From Candidatus Binatia bacterium (GTDB lineage: Bacteria > Desulfobacterota > Binatia > Bin18): 57,910 nucleotides of DNA. Position 1 is the first letter of the stretch. Every line of letters begins with the position of its first letter. The position numbers and the translations under genes are program-made. Location: positions 1-57,910 of the forward strand of contig CAXXHG010000009.1 in the NCBI GenBank assembly GCA_963666315.2, in the 5' to 3' direction. Shown here piece by piece: positions 18,705-30,349 of the stretch. The notes under the pieces are model-generated. The model saw only the letters and a list, made by a program, of their open reading frames with translations. It was not told the DNA's origin and made no database searches.

Positions 18705-19718
18705 CTATGCATTGAGTTCGAGCATGCGATCAAGCGAGCGCTGCGCTCCGACTCGGATCTCTTCCAGCAGCGTGATCTCATAGCGTCCTTCACGGAGGGA
18801 ATCGCGGACGCCGTCGAGGGTGATCATCTTCATATACGAACACAGCTGACAGCTCTTGTAGAACTTCTTTTCCGGCATCTCGAGCAGCAACCGGTCAGAC
18901 AGACCACACTCGGTGACGATGAGAAACTCTTGGGCTGGGCTTTCCTTGGCATAGCGCATCATGGCACTCGTCGACAGCACAGCGTCGGCCAATTCGATCA
19001 CGTCTTCCCGACACTCCGGATGGACGAGTATTTTCAGCTGAGGGAGTTTATCCCGGACCGCTTGAATTTGCTCAGGCGTGATTTGATGATGCACATAACA
19101 GTTGCCGTCCCAGGCGATGATGTTCTTCTTGGTTTCCTTCTGGACGTAGCGTGCCAGGTTTTCATCCGGAACAAAGAGGATGTTTTCACTCTCGAGCGCC
19201 TCAACTACCTGGATGGCATTTGACGAGGTGCAGCACACATCAGACTCCGCTTTCACCTCCGCACTGGTGTTGACGTAACACACCACTTGCAAATCCGGAT
19301 AGACTTTCCGGAGTTCTTCTTTGCGGTCAGCCAGCGCATCAGCGGTCACACTCTCCGCTAAGGAACATCCGGCCCTGAGGTCGGGCAGCAGCACCGTTTG
19401 TGCGGGATTCACGATCTTGGCCGTCTCAGCCATAAAATGTACGCCGCAAAAGACGACGATATCCGACTCGAGCTTTTTGGATTGACGTGCCAGTTCCAGC
19501 GAGTCACCAATCATGTCGGCAACTTCAAAAATCTCCGAGCGCTGATAGTTATGAGCCAGAATCACTGCGTTCTGTTGCCGTTTCAGTTCATGGATATCAT
19601 GGATCCAGTCTGCATATTCGGTACACGCCTCAAGCGTATAGCCAGCATCAAGCTGAGAGAGGTGCTCAAACAGTTGCTGCGGTGTTTTCTCCTGATATCC
19701 GTTAGACCCGTTTTGCAT
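18705..19718 (-). CDS. nadA: Quinolinate synthase (likely start ATG 19718)
   Basis: LAHNYQ, GDSLEL, FCGVHFMAE, AGCSLA, YVNTS, CTSSN, CYVH, HPEC, CSYMK. Confidence 0.96.
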   Translation of the reverse strand: MQNGSNGYQEKTPQQLFEHLSQLDAGYTLEACTEYADWIHDIHELKRQQNAVILAHNYQRSEIFEVADMIGDSLELARQSKKLESDIVVFCGVHFMAETAKIVNPAQTVLLPDLRAGCSLAESVTADALADRKEELRKVYPDLQVVCYVNTSAEVKAESDVCCTSSNAIQVVEALESENILFVPDENLARYVQKETKKNIIAWDGNCYVHHQITPEQIQAVRDKLPQLKILVHPECREDVIELADAVLSTSAMMRYAKESPAQEFLIVTECGLSDRLLLEMPEKKFYKSCQLCSYMKMITLDGVRDSLREGRYEITLLEEIRVGAQRSLDRMLELNA

Positions 19719-19758
19719 ATTCCCTCCCAGGGCTGAGCGTTCCATCATCACACTTTAG

Positions 19759-19802
19759 TTTGTGTCATTTAGACGCGTACTTTTGTGTCATTTTGACGCA
19801 AA
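19759..19802. promoter_or_regulatory. Two tandem NrtR operators upstream of nadA-nrtR
   Basis: TTTGTGTCATTTAGACGCGTA (19759-19779) and TTTGTGTCATTTTGACGCAAA (19782-19802), each with a GT-N7-AC core; minus-strand TTGACA at 19814-19819. Confidence 0.85.
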
Positions 19803-19849
19803 CTGGAGATAGTTGTCAATAGGGAGAGCTAGACGAAAGAAGGACAATC

Positions 19850-20878
19850 TCACGCACGGGAAGGAGCAAGCGCAAAGGGCGACTGATGCTGCGCCTCAAG
19901 CGGCCGGCTGCGGCGGTAGTCTAAAAACCGTCCCACCAGGTCATGATACTGTCCGACGCTGCTCAATTCTTTCATTGCCAAGCGGAGAGGGCGACACGGG
20001 CCAAAAGATTTCGCGTACCAGTCTATGGTCTTACGAAATTGGGTACAGGCCAGTTTCTCTCCGCGCAACGCAACCGCACGGCGGAAATGACGCGTCATAA
20101 AGGCAACGCGCTCGGCCAGTGAGGGCTCACGGGGAGGTGGAGCGCCAATGAATCCAGCCTGAAGGTTTTGAAACACCCAGGGGTTTGCCAATGCGGCTCG
20201 ACCAATGACCAGCCCGGCGCAGCCGGTTTCTTCGAGCATGCGCTGCGCGGCTTCAATGTCACCAATATCGCCGTTCCCCAGCACGGGCATCGCCCGGACT
20301 GATTTGACCACAGCCCGCATACCGCTAAGATCCACGCATCCACCGAACGCACCGGCTCTGGTCCGGCCGTGTATTGTAAGCGCGGCGACACCCACGTCTT
20401 CGAGAAACGGGGCCAGCACAAGGGCATCGAGCCGAGTCTGGTCCCAACCGAGCCGCGTTTTCACGGTCACCGGTATGGTGACCGCGCGTGTCACCTTTTG
20501 GACAAACGCAGCAGCCTTTTTTGGGTCTTTCAACATGGCAGCGCCCGCACCGATTTTGACAACTTTCTCAACCGGACAGCCCATATTGATATCAATGGCA
20601 TCCGCACCGTGCTCCTCAAGCCACACCGCCGCGTCTCGGACTTCTTCCGCAACCGGACCGAACAGCTGGACGCTGAGAGGAGAATCTTCCGGACAGGTCT
20701 CGATCAGCTCGAATGCCTTGCGGTTTTTTTCCAACAAGGAGCGGGCATGGACGAGTTCAGTCGTCGCCAGTCCGAATCCACCAATCTCACGCATACACCA
20801 ACGAAACGGGAGGGTGGTGTAACCGGCAAGCGGGGCCAGGAACAGATTTGTTGAAAGGACAAGGTTACCAAGGTGCAT
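19850..20878 (-). CDS. dusB: tRNA-dihydrouridine synthase B
   Basis: LAPLAG, QLFG, DINMGCP, VTVKTRLGW, IHGRT, GNGDI, IGRAALANPW. Confidence 0.92.
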   Translation of the reverse strand: MHLGNLVLSTNLFLAPLAGYTTLPFRWCMREIGGFGLATTELVHARSLLEKNRKAFELIETCPEDSPLSVQLFGPVAEEVRDAAVWLEEHGADAIDINMGCPVEKVVKIGAGAAMLKDPKKAAAFVQKVTRAVTIPVTVKTRLGWDQTRLDALVLAPFLEDVGVAALTIHGRTRAGAFGGCVDLSGMRAVVKSVRAMPVLGNGDIGDIEAAQRMLEETGCAGLVIGRAALANPWVFQNLQAGFIGAPPPREPSLAERVAFMTRHFRRAVALRGEKLACTQFRKTIDWYAKSFGPCRPLRLAMKELSSVGQYHDLVGRFLDYRRSRPLEAQHQSPFALAPSRA

Positions 20879-21029
20879 AAGTGACCGAAAAATGGAGAAT
20901 TACGTATCCTCAGGAATATTCTTTATTGTCAACGTTGACATACATCAAAGTATAAAAATTTTAACGTCTTGATGCAATATGAGAGAATGGACACCAGGAG
21001 GCAGGAACCTGCCGGATCTTTCGTCCTTA

Positions 21030-22910
21030 CTACCGCCGGTCAAACTGAGATTCTAACTGACGCACGGAGAAACGGACCATCGTCGGCCGACCGTGCGGAC
21101 ACACAAAGGGAGACGTACAGTCGAGCAGGGTTTTGATTAGGGCGTGCATGGCCGGTGGTGTCAGCGTCTGGCCGGCTTTGATTGATTTCACCTTACAGGC
21201 AATGCGCGCGGCTAAGTCTTCTTGCTTGGCTTCGATTGAGTTGTCCGAGCGTCCCTCTGATCGCGCCTCTGCGAGTTCGAGAATCAGGTCCGGCGTATCA
21301 GCCGGGCGGAAGTATGCCGGTGCGGCTTGGACCTGAAAAGTGTTGCCACCAAACGGCTGAATATCAAAGCCAACGCGGGTGAGATATTCTTGGAGTTCTT
21401 CCAACACACTGCACGCAGCAGGTGATAAATCGAACGTAATCGGTATCAGCAGGGGCTGTACGTCGCCGTGTTTCTTGCGCAGCGATTCCAGCACCTGCTC
21501 GTACATGATGCGTTCATGCGCGGCGTGTTGATCGATGACCCAGAGTTCGCCCTCCACCTCGACTAAGACGAACAGCTCATGACTTTGACCAACCACCCGG
21601 AATTCGGTTCCATCCGGCCGCTGCCACAGCGCAGCCTGCGCTCCAGCCGCACTTTGGGTCGGACTCAGAGTAGGAGGAAGCTGAGTCTCTTGCACCATGG
21701 GTTTGGGTATCATGCGTAAGCTTGCTTCAGGACGGTCCGCATAGGACGTCGGGGAAGATGGAAAAGAGGGGGAAGATGACGATTTTCGACGCCGGGGATA
21801 ATCAGCCGGATCCGGCACAGGGACAGTGCTACTTAAGGCCTGACTTTGCACTCGATTTTTGCTGGGGGCGCCGGCAGCAGGTTCTAAATCAATCTTTTTG
21901 AACAGATTGGCGTGGTCGAGGGTATTCCGGACAGTATGGACAACAACCTGGAGGATACCGCGTTCCTCTTTGAATTTCACCTCACGCTTTGCGGGATGAA
22001 TATTCACATCAACCTGGTCAGTCGGAACGACAAGAAAGACTATCCCCAAGGGAAATCTGCCCGAGGGAAGAAGTTCGCCGTAGCCCCGACTCAGGGCAAA
22101 AGATAAGGGCTGACTTTTCACCACACGATCATTGACAAAGAAATATTGCCCAGTCCGTGTATTTCTATGCCGACTAGACGGACTGATCAGTCCCGTCACG
22201 CCAATGCCTTCCTCGGCCAGGGTTTCTGCCGCATTTGGCAGTCGTAACAGATCTAGCGTCCAGTCTTTGCCTAAGACGGCTCGCGCGCGGAGCAGGAGGT
22301 CGCCTTGAGGCGGAGCATTAAAAACCTCTCGTCCGTCTGAGGTGTAGCGGAAGTGGATGCCTGGCCTAGAAAGCGCTAACCCGATAAGGATCTCGTGGAC
22401 CTGATGGCTTTCCGCTGTCGGCGATTTGAGAAAGGCTCGGCGCGGCGGCGCGTTAAAAAACAGATGTCGCGTTGTTACAGTCGTCCCTTGTGGGCAGCCA
22501 GCAGGCGTTGTCTCAATGGGCTCACTGCCCGCAGCCTGCACCCGGACTCCCTCAATAGCGTCAGGTGGGCGCGACAGCAGCTCCATATGGGTCACGGCCG
22601 CAATACTCGCCAGGGCCTCGCCTCGGAAACCCAGCGTCGTCAGCGAAAACAGTTCGTCACTCGTCGTGATTTTACTCGTTGTGTGTCGCCGCAGGGCAAG
22701 CTGCGCATCATCAGGCTGCAGGCCCACGCCGTCATCCTGCACCAGGATCTCATCGACACCGCCTTTGGCTATCCTCACGCTGATAGAACTCGCCCCGGCG
22801 TCTATCGCGTTCTCTACGAGTTCTTTCACAATCGAGGCGGGCCGCTCAATGACTTCACCCGCGCGGATCTGTTCAATGGTATGCGTGTCGAGAAGGTGTA
22901 CGCGTCCCAT
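21030..22910 (-). CDS. mutL: DNA mismatch repair endonuclease MutL
   Basis: AGEVIERP, KELVENAIDA, GFRGEALASI, VDVNIHPAK, DQHAAHER, ACK, CPHGRP. Confidence 0.97.
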   Translation of the reverse strand: MGRVHLLDTHTIEQIRAGEVIERPASIVKELVENAIDAGASSISVRIAKGGVDEILVQDDGVGLQPDDAQLALRRHTTSKITTSDELFSLTTLGFRGEALASIAAVTHMELLSRPPDAIEGVRVQAAGSEPIETTPAGCPQGTTVTTRHLFFNAPPRRAFLKSPTAESHQVHEILIGLALSRPGIHFRYTSDGREVFNAPPQGDLLLRARAVLGKDWTLDLLRLPNAAETLAEEGIGVTGLISPSSRHRNTRTGQYFFVNDRVVKSQPLSFALSRGYGELLPSGRFPLGIVFLVVPTDQVDVNIHPAKREVKFKEERGILQVVVHTVRNTLDHANLFKKIDLEPAAGAPSKNRVQSQALSSTVPVPDPADYPRRRKSSSSPSFPSSPTSYADRPEASLRMIPKPMVQETQLPPTLSPTQSAAGAQAALWQRPDGTEFRVVGQSHELFVLVEVEGELWVIDQHAAHERIMYEQVLESLRKKHGDVQPLLIPITFDLSPAACSVLEELQEYLTRVGFDIQPFGGNTFQVQAAPAYFRPADTPDLILELAEARSEGRSDNSIEAKQEDLAARIACKVKSIKAGQTLTPPAMHALIKTLLDCTSPFVCPHGRPTMVRFSVRQLESQFDRR

Positions 22911-22912
22911 AG

Positions 22913-25442
22913 CTACGAATCTCGTGCTCCGCCGAAGAGGCCGAGTTGGGCGATGTTTTCTTTTACAATAGTGCGCGCCTTGGTCCGAGCGCGCTGCTTG
23001 GCAGGCCGCACTAGCTCTACACCGCCTTCCAGATCTTTGAGGATTTCTTCGGCCCGCTCAGTCACCGAGTGTGGCAGTCCAGCCAATTTTGCGACATGAA
23101 TGCCGTACGATTGGTCTGAAGCACCCGCGATAACCTTATAAAGAAACACGACCTCGTCCTGCCATTCACGCACGGCAAAGGTATAATTGGCAATGCCGGG
23201 CAGGAGGCGTTGGAGATCGGTCAGCTCATGAAAATGGGTCGCAAACAGCGTCCGCGGACGTGGCCCGTCTGCATCGACCAGGAACTCAATAATCGATCGT
23301 GCAATAGACAAGCCGTCAGAAGTGGAGGTGCCGCGTCCGATTTCATCCAGGATCAATAAACTCCGTGGTGTGGCAGCATTCAGAATCTGGGCGGTCTCAA
23401 TCATCTCCACCGCAAACGTACTTTTCCACCGCAAACGTACTTTCCCCCAAGGCGAGATTATCTGACGCGCCAATGCGGGTAAAAATACGATCAACAATCC
23501 CAATCCGCGCCTGCTTGGCAGGCACAAACGAGCCCATTTGGGCTAAGAGCACAATCAGCGCCGTCTGCCTCAGATAGACGGACTTGCCACTCATATTCGG
23601 TGCAGTCAAGAGGAAGAGTTGCTGATCCGCACGGTTGAGCAGGACGTCATTATCAACAAAAGCCTTCCGTCCCAACATGGATTCAACAACAGGATGGCGG
23701 CCGCCGACAATGCGCAGCTCGGCTTCCTCCGTCATGTCCGGCCGAATGAACTGCCGGTCGAGTGCCGTCCACGCAAAACCGGCTAACACATCAACGTGGC
23801 CACTGGCCCTGGCCACCGTCTGAATCTGGGGCAAATACTGGAGTACGCGCTCACATAACGCGGCGAACAGTTCTTGCTCTAGTGCCACAGACCGCTCTTG
23901 GGCGTACAGGATTTGCTCTTCGTATTCTTTCAGTTCAGGGGTAATAAACCGTTCCGCATTTGTGAGCGTCTGCTTACGGATGTAGTCGTCTGGGACTTTC
24001 CCCAGAGAGGCTTTCGAGACCTCAAGATAATAGCCAAACACCCGGTTATAGCCAATCTTGAGCGAAGAGATGCCGGTCCGTTCACTTTCCCGTGCTTGGA
24101 GGGCCGCCAGCCACTGCTTCGCGTCCGCTGCCAGCGATTGCAGCCGGTCCCACTCCTCGTGATAGCCAGCGGCAAAAACCCCGCCCTCGCGCAGGTGAAC
24201 CGGCGGAGCCTCAACCAGAGCGCGTTGTAAGGTGTCCTGGAGCGGATCCAGATCAGCCCTGAGTTCGGTACGCTGCGCACCCAGCAAATGACTCTGTGCC
24301 GGATCAAGTGCCCGTATGACAGCAGGGAGTTGAGACAGCGAGTCACGCAAGGCCGCAGCATCTTTGGGGGTAGCGACCCGACAGCTGAATCGTGCCGCCA
24401 GTCGCTCTAAGTCCCGGACAGGAGAGAGGGCACCGCGGACAGCCTCCAGCATGGCGGGTGCATTGACGAATTCTTCCACCGCAGCATGGCGTTCTTCAAT
24501 TGCAGCAACGGACAAGAGGGGATTGCGTAGCCAATGCTGCAAGAGTCGCCCGCCCATCGGCGTCACCGCTTCATTCAGGACGTCGAGCAAGGTCTTCCCA
24601 CGTACATCGGGATTGGCCGGACGAAAGAGTTCCAGGCTGCGCTCGACAACCGGGCCTAACAGCATAACTTCACCGCGTTGCAGCCGTTTCGGCAAGCCGA
24701 TATGCGGCAACGCGATCTGCATATGCTCTTGCAGGAAACGGAGCACCAGGCCGACGGCGATGGTTGTCGGGGTGTCTAATTCAAGCGCGCGTAAGGAGTC
24801 TACGCCGAAGAATGCCCGAATGCACTCTACGCTGGTATCATACCCGCCGCGCCAGTCTTCAAGGGTCGTGATTGCCGTCTGGGTACCACGCTCACTATAG
24901 GCGGCGAGGACGGACGCTTGGGCTCCCCCCTTCGTCGCGACGATCTCGCTTGGGGCGATCTGCTTCAGTGTATCCGTAATCGCGCGCTCAGATTCGTTCC
25001 AGAACTGAAAGCGGCCCGTGGTCGGCTCCAGCAGTGCCAGCCCCCACTCTTCACTCGTCGTAAACATCCCCAACAGGGTTGGACTGGCCGTTTCGGCGTC
25101 ATTTTCAACATAGGTTGACGGAGTAATCACACGCGTGACTGCCCGTTTCACCAATCCCTTTGCCGTTTTTGGATCTTCGACCTGTTCGCACAGGGCAACC
25201 TTTTTCCCCGCTTTCACCAGACGTGCGATATAGCCCTGCACGGCGTGATACGGCACGCCACACATGGGCACCTTGTCCCCGCCGCCGCCACGTGAGGTCA
25301 GTGTCAAATCGAGCAGGTCCGCAGCAATAGGCGCATCATCAAGAAAGATTTCGTAAAAGTCGCCCAACCGAAATAAGACAATGGCGTCCTGATGCTGTTT
25401 CTTCACCGCAGTGTATTGTTGCATCAGAGGGGTTAAAGCCAT
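22913..25442 (-). pseudogene. mutS: DNA mismatch repair protein MutS, split by a 19-bp tandem duplication
   Basis: GDFYEIF, PNMSGKS and [11 protein letters not shown] are in ORF 23397..25442; [23 protein letters not shown] and SYGIHVA are in ORF 22913..23527. Deleting one repeat copy fuses the two. Confidence 0.93.
23406..23443. repeat. Perfect 19-bp tandem duplication inside mutS
   Basis: TCCACCGCAAACGTACTTT x2 (23406-23424 and 23425-23443). Confidence 0.95.
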
Positions 25443-25634
25443 AACGTTCTTCTTCGTCTGCTCTCTGAGGGAATGTTTGAATGTCTTTTTCTTATATGCT
25501 TTGCACTCATCTAGCCAGCATGGCTAGCATGGCCCTGTCCAGCCCTTGCCCTCATGCGCTAAAGCTGGAGAATTGACGCACGAACAGCAACAAGGCACTT
25601 TGGCCTTGATCACAGCCAAGAAAGGATACCATTC

Positions 25635-26789
25635 ATGACCACGCTGGACGAAGAGCAACGACAAATCATGTCGACCATCAACCGTTTCGTTGAACGCGAG
25701 GTCAAACCCGTCGCCAGCGAGATGGAACATCGGGACGAATATCCGCATGCCCTGGTTGAAAGAATGAAAGAACTTGGGCTGTTCGGTGCGATTATCCCGA
25801 CTGAGTACGGCGGCTTGGGTCTGTCGTTTACTACGTACGCCATGATCATAGAAGAAATCTGTCGAGGCTGGATGAGCCTCACCGGTATTTTGAATTCGCA
25901 TCTACTCTTCGCCCACATTTTGGTTCTATTTGGAACAGAGGAACAAAAAAAACATCTTCTGCCGGCAATGGCTAGCGGTGAAAAGCGGGGCGGTCTCGCC
26001 CTCACCGAACCCCATGCAGGCAGCGATGTGCAGAGCATTCGGACAACGGCCAAAAAGCACGGTGATCATTATTTGATTAACGGCTCTAAAATGTTTATCA
26101 CCAATGCGCGTCACGGCAATATTCTTGCCGTCGCAGTGAAGACAAATCCCGAAGCGGATCCAGCCTACACCGGCATCAGCTTGTTTGCGGTTGAGAAGGG
26201 GGCACCCGGCCTGACCGTGAGCCGGGACATCAAGAAGCTGGGCTATAAAGGCCTCGATACCTGCGAGATCGTCTTTGAGGATTTCCCAACCCCGGCCAGC
26301 AGTTTGATTGGCAGCGAAGAGGGCCGGGGCTTTAAACAGGTCATGAGCGGATTAGAGGTCGGACGAATCAATGTCGCGGCTCGGGCGGTCGGCGTGGCCC
26401 AAGCCGCATTTGAAGAAGCCATCCGCTACTCCCAGCAGCGTGAGACCTTTGGCAAACCGATTTGTGAGCATCAGGCTATTCAGATCAAGCTGGCCGACAT
26501 GGCGACGAAAATCGAAGCCTCCCGCCTCCTCGTCTACCAGGCCGCAAACAAGAAGGACAAGGGGGAACGCTGCGATCTCGAAGCCGGGATGGCCAAATTG
26601 TTTGCCTCGGAAACGTGTCAAGAAGTCGCGCTAGAAGCCATGAGGGTCCTGGGTGGCTATGGCTACACCCAAGAGTTTCCGGTCGAGCGCTTTTATCGGG
26701 ATGCACCGCTCATGATTATCGGTGAAGGCACGAGCGAGATTCAGAAGATCGTCATCGCCCGGAATTTAATCAAGCGCTACAAGATATAA
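25635..26789 (+). CDS. Acyl-CoA dehydrogenase
   Basis: ALTEPHAGSDV, GSKMFITN, KKLG, RETFGKPI, GGYGY, IGEGTSEIQ. Confidence 0.95.
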   Translation: MTTLDEEQRQIMSTINRFVEREVKPVASEMEHRDEYPHALVERMKELGLFGAIIPTEYGGLGLSFTTYAMIIEEICRGWMSLTGILNSHLLFAHILVLFGTEEQKKHLLPAMASGEKRGGLALTEPHAGSDVQSIRTTAKKHGDHYLINGSKMFITNARHGNILAVAVKTNPEADPAYTGISLFAVEKGAPGLTVSRDIKKLGYKGLDTCEIVFEDFPTPASSLIGSEEGRGFKQVMSGLEVGRINVAARAVGVAQAAFEEAIRYSQQRETFGKPICEHQAIQIKLADMATKIEASRLLVYQAANKKDKGERCDLEAGMAKLFASETCQEVALEAMRVLGGYGYTQEFPVERFYRDAPLMIIGEGTSEIQKIVIARNLIKRYKI

Positions 26790-27060
26790 GTAGGAGATAG
26801 CTAGGGCGAGGCCCAGGATCACCTTCATTTTGTATGATTCCTGTCACCTAGGTGTCATTCTCTAACACATATACGGCTTGGATTGACTGAAATTTTTGTA
26901 TATTGTAGTGAGGATGTTACATTGTATCTAATTTTTCGTCATGGTTTTCTACCTATATAGGCCGGTACCACAGGCCGACCCGTCTCTCTAACTACACATT
27001 ATATTTTTGCGTCGCAGGGAATATACTTCTCGGAGCAATGCACCGAGTCGGGAGAGGAAC

Positions 27061-29133
27061 ATGTCTACCCCATTAGAAAAAATCCGGAACATCGGCATCG
27101 TCGCGCACGTGGATAGCGGCAAAACCACGGTGAGCGAACGCATCCTGTACTACACCGGGCTCTCGCATAAACTCGGTGAGGTCCACGACGGGACAGCCGT
27201 GACGGACTGGATGCCGCAGGAACGCGAGCGCGGCATCACAATTACTGCCGCGGCCATCACCTGTGACTGGAACAATCATCAGGTCAATATCATCGACACG
27301 CCCGGACACGTCGATTTCACCACTGAGGTCGAGCGCAGCCTACGCGTGCTTGATGGTGCGATCGTCGTATTTTGTGGAGTGGGCGGCGTAGAACCCCAAT
27401 CTGAGACCGTATGGCGGCAGGCTGACAAGTATAACGTGCCGCGCATAGTCTTCGTCAATAAGCTTGACCGTATCGGCGCAGACTTTCATGGCGTCGTCAA
27501 TCAGATTACGAATCGCCTAGGCGCTACTCCTCTAATATTGCAGCTCCCGATCGGCCAAGAAGAGAAATTCCTCGGCGTGGTCGACCTGATCCGCCAGAAA
27601 GCCTTGATTTGGGAAGATGATACGCTGGGCGCAGAGTTTCACGAAGAAGACGTTCCCGCAGATATGCAAGCACAGGTAGCGAAGTTTCATGAACAGCTGG
27701 TAGACGCGGTGGCCGATGCCGATGACGCGCTCTTAGAAAAATACCTGGCGCGTGAAACGCTGAATGAGGATGAGATTGTGGCGGCAGTCCGTCACAAAAC
27801 GCAGGCACTGGACATCGTTCCGGTCTTATGCGGCACCGCTCTGCGCAATAAAGGCATACAACCGCTGCTCGACGCAGTTATCGACTACCTGCCGGCACCC
27901 GTGCGGCCGGTGACCGGTCTCAGCCTGAAAGGTGAAGAGATAACCTGGCAAGTGAACGATGAGATCCGCGCGGCGCTTGCGTTTAAAACCCTGCACGATC
28001 CCTACTCCGGACAATTGACCTTCGTCCGTTTATACAGTGGCGGTTTGAAAACAGGAGATTTCATCTTTAACCCACGGACCGAACGCAACGAACGGGTAGG
28101 CCGGCTCGTCCGTATGCATGCGGATAAAAAAGAAGATTTGGAAAGCGCCTCAGCCGGAGATATTATTGCCATTATCGGCCTGAAGAATTTCACGACGGGC
28201 GATACTATTACCGACAAGAATCGGCCTGTGCTGCTTGAATCCATCACCTTCAAAGAGCCCGTAATCTCCGTTGCTATTGAACCGAAAACCAAGACAGACT
28301 CCGAAAAGCTAGGCCTTGCGCTCCAGCGCCTGTCGTCTGAAGATCCTAGCCTGGTGATACACACAAACCAGGAAACAGGGCAGACTATTCTTTCAGGCAT
28401 GGGCGAGCTGCACTTGGAAATCATCCTTGATCGCCTGGTCCGGGAGTTCAAAGTCGTCGTCAATACCGGAGCGCCACAAGTCTCGTATCGCGAAACCATC
28501 ACGCGGGAAGCGGCGGCTGAGGGGAGACATGTGCGCCAAACCGGTGGGCATGGCCAGTACGGTCTCGTCTATCTCAAGATCGAACCCAATGAGGACGAGG
28601 GCCTGGTTTTTATCAATGGCATTAAAGGCGGAGCCATTCCTCGTGAATATATTTCCTCGGTAGAAAAAGGCGTCCGAGAGGCCGCCGAGAACGGTGTCAC
28701 CTACGGCTTTCCCCTCCTGAATGCCACGGTGACGCTCTATGACGGCGGCTACCATGAAGTCGATTCTTCTGAAATGGCCTTCCATATAGCCGGTTCAATC
28801 GGATTCAAAGCAGCCGTACGCAAAGCCAAGCCTATCCTCTTAGAGCCTATGATGGAGGTTGAGGTCGTCGTGCCTGAGGACTATATGGGCAGCGCTATGG
28901 GCGATCTCCAGTCACGGCGCGGAAAAGTGACTGAACTCGGCGAGCGCGGCCGGGGACAGCGCACGGTGACCGCCCACGTACCGCTGGCCACGATGTTCGG
29001 TTATGCTACGACAATTCGATCACTCACCCAAGGGCGCGCTACTTACACCATGGAGTTTGATCACTACGACAAAGTTCCGGAGAGCGTGGTCGATGAAGCC
29101 CTCGGGCGTAAAAAGGAACTTGAGGTCGGCTAG
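27061..29133 (+). CDS. fusA: Elongation factor G, stand-alone copy outside the str operon
   Basis: [46 protein letters not shown]. Confidence 0.93.
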   Translation: MSTPLEKIRNIGIVAHVDSGKTTVSERILYYTGLSHKLGEVHDGTAVTDWMPQERERGITITAAAITCDWNNHQVNIIDTPGHVDFTTEVERSLRVLDGAIVVFCGVGGVEPQSETVWRQADKYNVPRIVFVNKLDRIGADFHGVVNQITNRLGATPLILQLPIGQEEKFLGVVDLIRQKALIWEDDTLGAEFHEEDVPADMQAQVAKFHEQLVDAVADADDALLEKYLARETLNEDEIVAAVRHKTQALDIVPVLCGTALRNKGIQPLLDAVIDYLPAPVRPVTGLSLKGEEITWQVNDEIRAALAFKTLHDPYSGQLTFVRLYSGGLKTGDFIFNPRTERNERVGRLVRMHADKKEDLESASAGDIIAIIGLKNFTTGDTITDKNRPVLLESITFKEPVISVAIEPKTKTDSEKLGLALQRLSSEDPSLVIHTNQETGQTILSGMGELHLEIILDRLVREFKVVVNTGAPQVSYRETITREAAAEGRHVRQTGGHGQYGLVYLKIEPNEDEGLVFINGIKGGAIPREYISSVEKGVREAAENGVTYGFPLLNATVTLYDGGYHEVDSSEMAFHIAGSIGFKAAVRKAKPILLEPMMEVEVVVPEDYMGSAMGDLQSRRGKVTELGERGRGQRTVTAHVPLATMFGYATTIRSLTQGRATYTMEFDHYDKVPESVVDEALGRKKELEVG

Positions 29134-29425
29134 GGCCGGCTCTGCCAACACTCCCGCCTCAAGTAAATAATTCAACAAATTCAAAGGGTTGTATTATTTA
29201 ATACTATTGATATTAATAGTATAGTTGAGCTATTCTCAAAGACAGAGCAGGGCTACTCTGTGGCAAACGTCTACAAGGGCCTGGGGCTCATTGAGGCGCT
29301 CCTGTCTCTTTCTTTCGGTTCTTCCTACTCCACTCCAGCAAGCGCTTTCCATATTTGTGCGCTAGCTGTCACAAAAGCGTACAAGTAAGCGCCAATAAAA
29401 CATCCAGCAATAATTGGAGCGGCAT

Positions 29426-30325
29426 TGACCAGCCCAAGGTTTCGGTACCAGTGTGAGAGTTAGGGATAGGCGAGTTCTGTTGCATAATCTACGCCTTTGC
29501 GGGGCGCGTAGCGTTCCGCAAAGGCCGTTGGGGTTAAGCCCTTGAGGGCCCCATGCGGGCGTTCCCGGTTGTATTCGTGGAGCCACGCCGTCATGAGGAC
29601 GCGCGCTTCCCGCAGGGACAGGAACAGCCACCGATTGAGACAGCCATCGCGCAACACGGCATGAAAGCTCTCCACATGCCCGTTCTGCCACGGCTTGCAT
29701 GGATCGATATAGCGGGTTTGCACGGGGACCTCGCCCAGCCAGTGTTGGACCGCTGTCGCGATGAACTCGGGCCCATTGTCGCTCTTCAGACAGCCGGGGG
29801 GCCCCCACTCAGCGAGGAGCCGCTGGAGGACCCGGAGGACATCGCCCGAGGTGATAGGCCGGTCACACTCAACTGTGAGCCCCTGGCGGGTAAATGCATC
29901 CAGCACCGTGACGAACTTCAACCGCTTGCCGTCCGCCGTCTGATCGTGCACGAAATCGTAACTTCAGACGTGGTTGGGGGCGTGGGCTGTGGTGACCGTC
30001 GCCGTCGTGGTCCCCACATGGCGCCGTTTCTTTTGCTTCTTCACCACGCCTAGCCCTTCTTGCTAGCGGAGTAGCCGCACCCGCTCCCGCCGGCGGGATA
30101 GCCCTCGGCTTGCAGCTTCACGGAGACCTTACGGTACCCAAAGCGCGGATAGCGGAGCGCGAGACGATGGAGTGCTCCGCGGAGGGCGCCCTCTTGCTCC
30201 AGCCGCCGGAGGACCCGCCGTTTCGTACTCCGGGCCAAGTGGAGCAGTCGACAGATCCGCCGCTCACTCACCTGATGGCGCTCCTCCAGATACCGGGCGG
30301 CCTGGCGTTTCTCAGCCAGGCTCAC
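29426..30325 (-). mobile_element. IS3-family element, decayed (orfB only, with a stop and frameshift; orfA and left end missing)
   Basis: YPRFGYRK, V*SYDF (W to TGA), SDNGPEF, PWQNGHVESF, YNRERPHGAL; terminal TGACCAGCCC at 29426 on the plus strand gives the CA end. Confidence 0.88.
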
Positions 30326-30349
30326 CTTTGAAGATGAGGAGAGACCCTC

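Noticed and set aside
20927-20940. Palindrome TGTCAACGTTGACA as back-to-back -35 boxes
   Set aside because: No convincing -10 at 16-18 bp on either strand; left unassigned.
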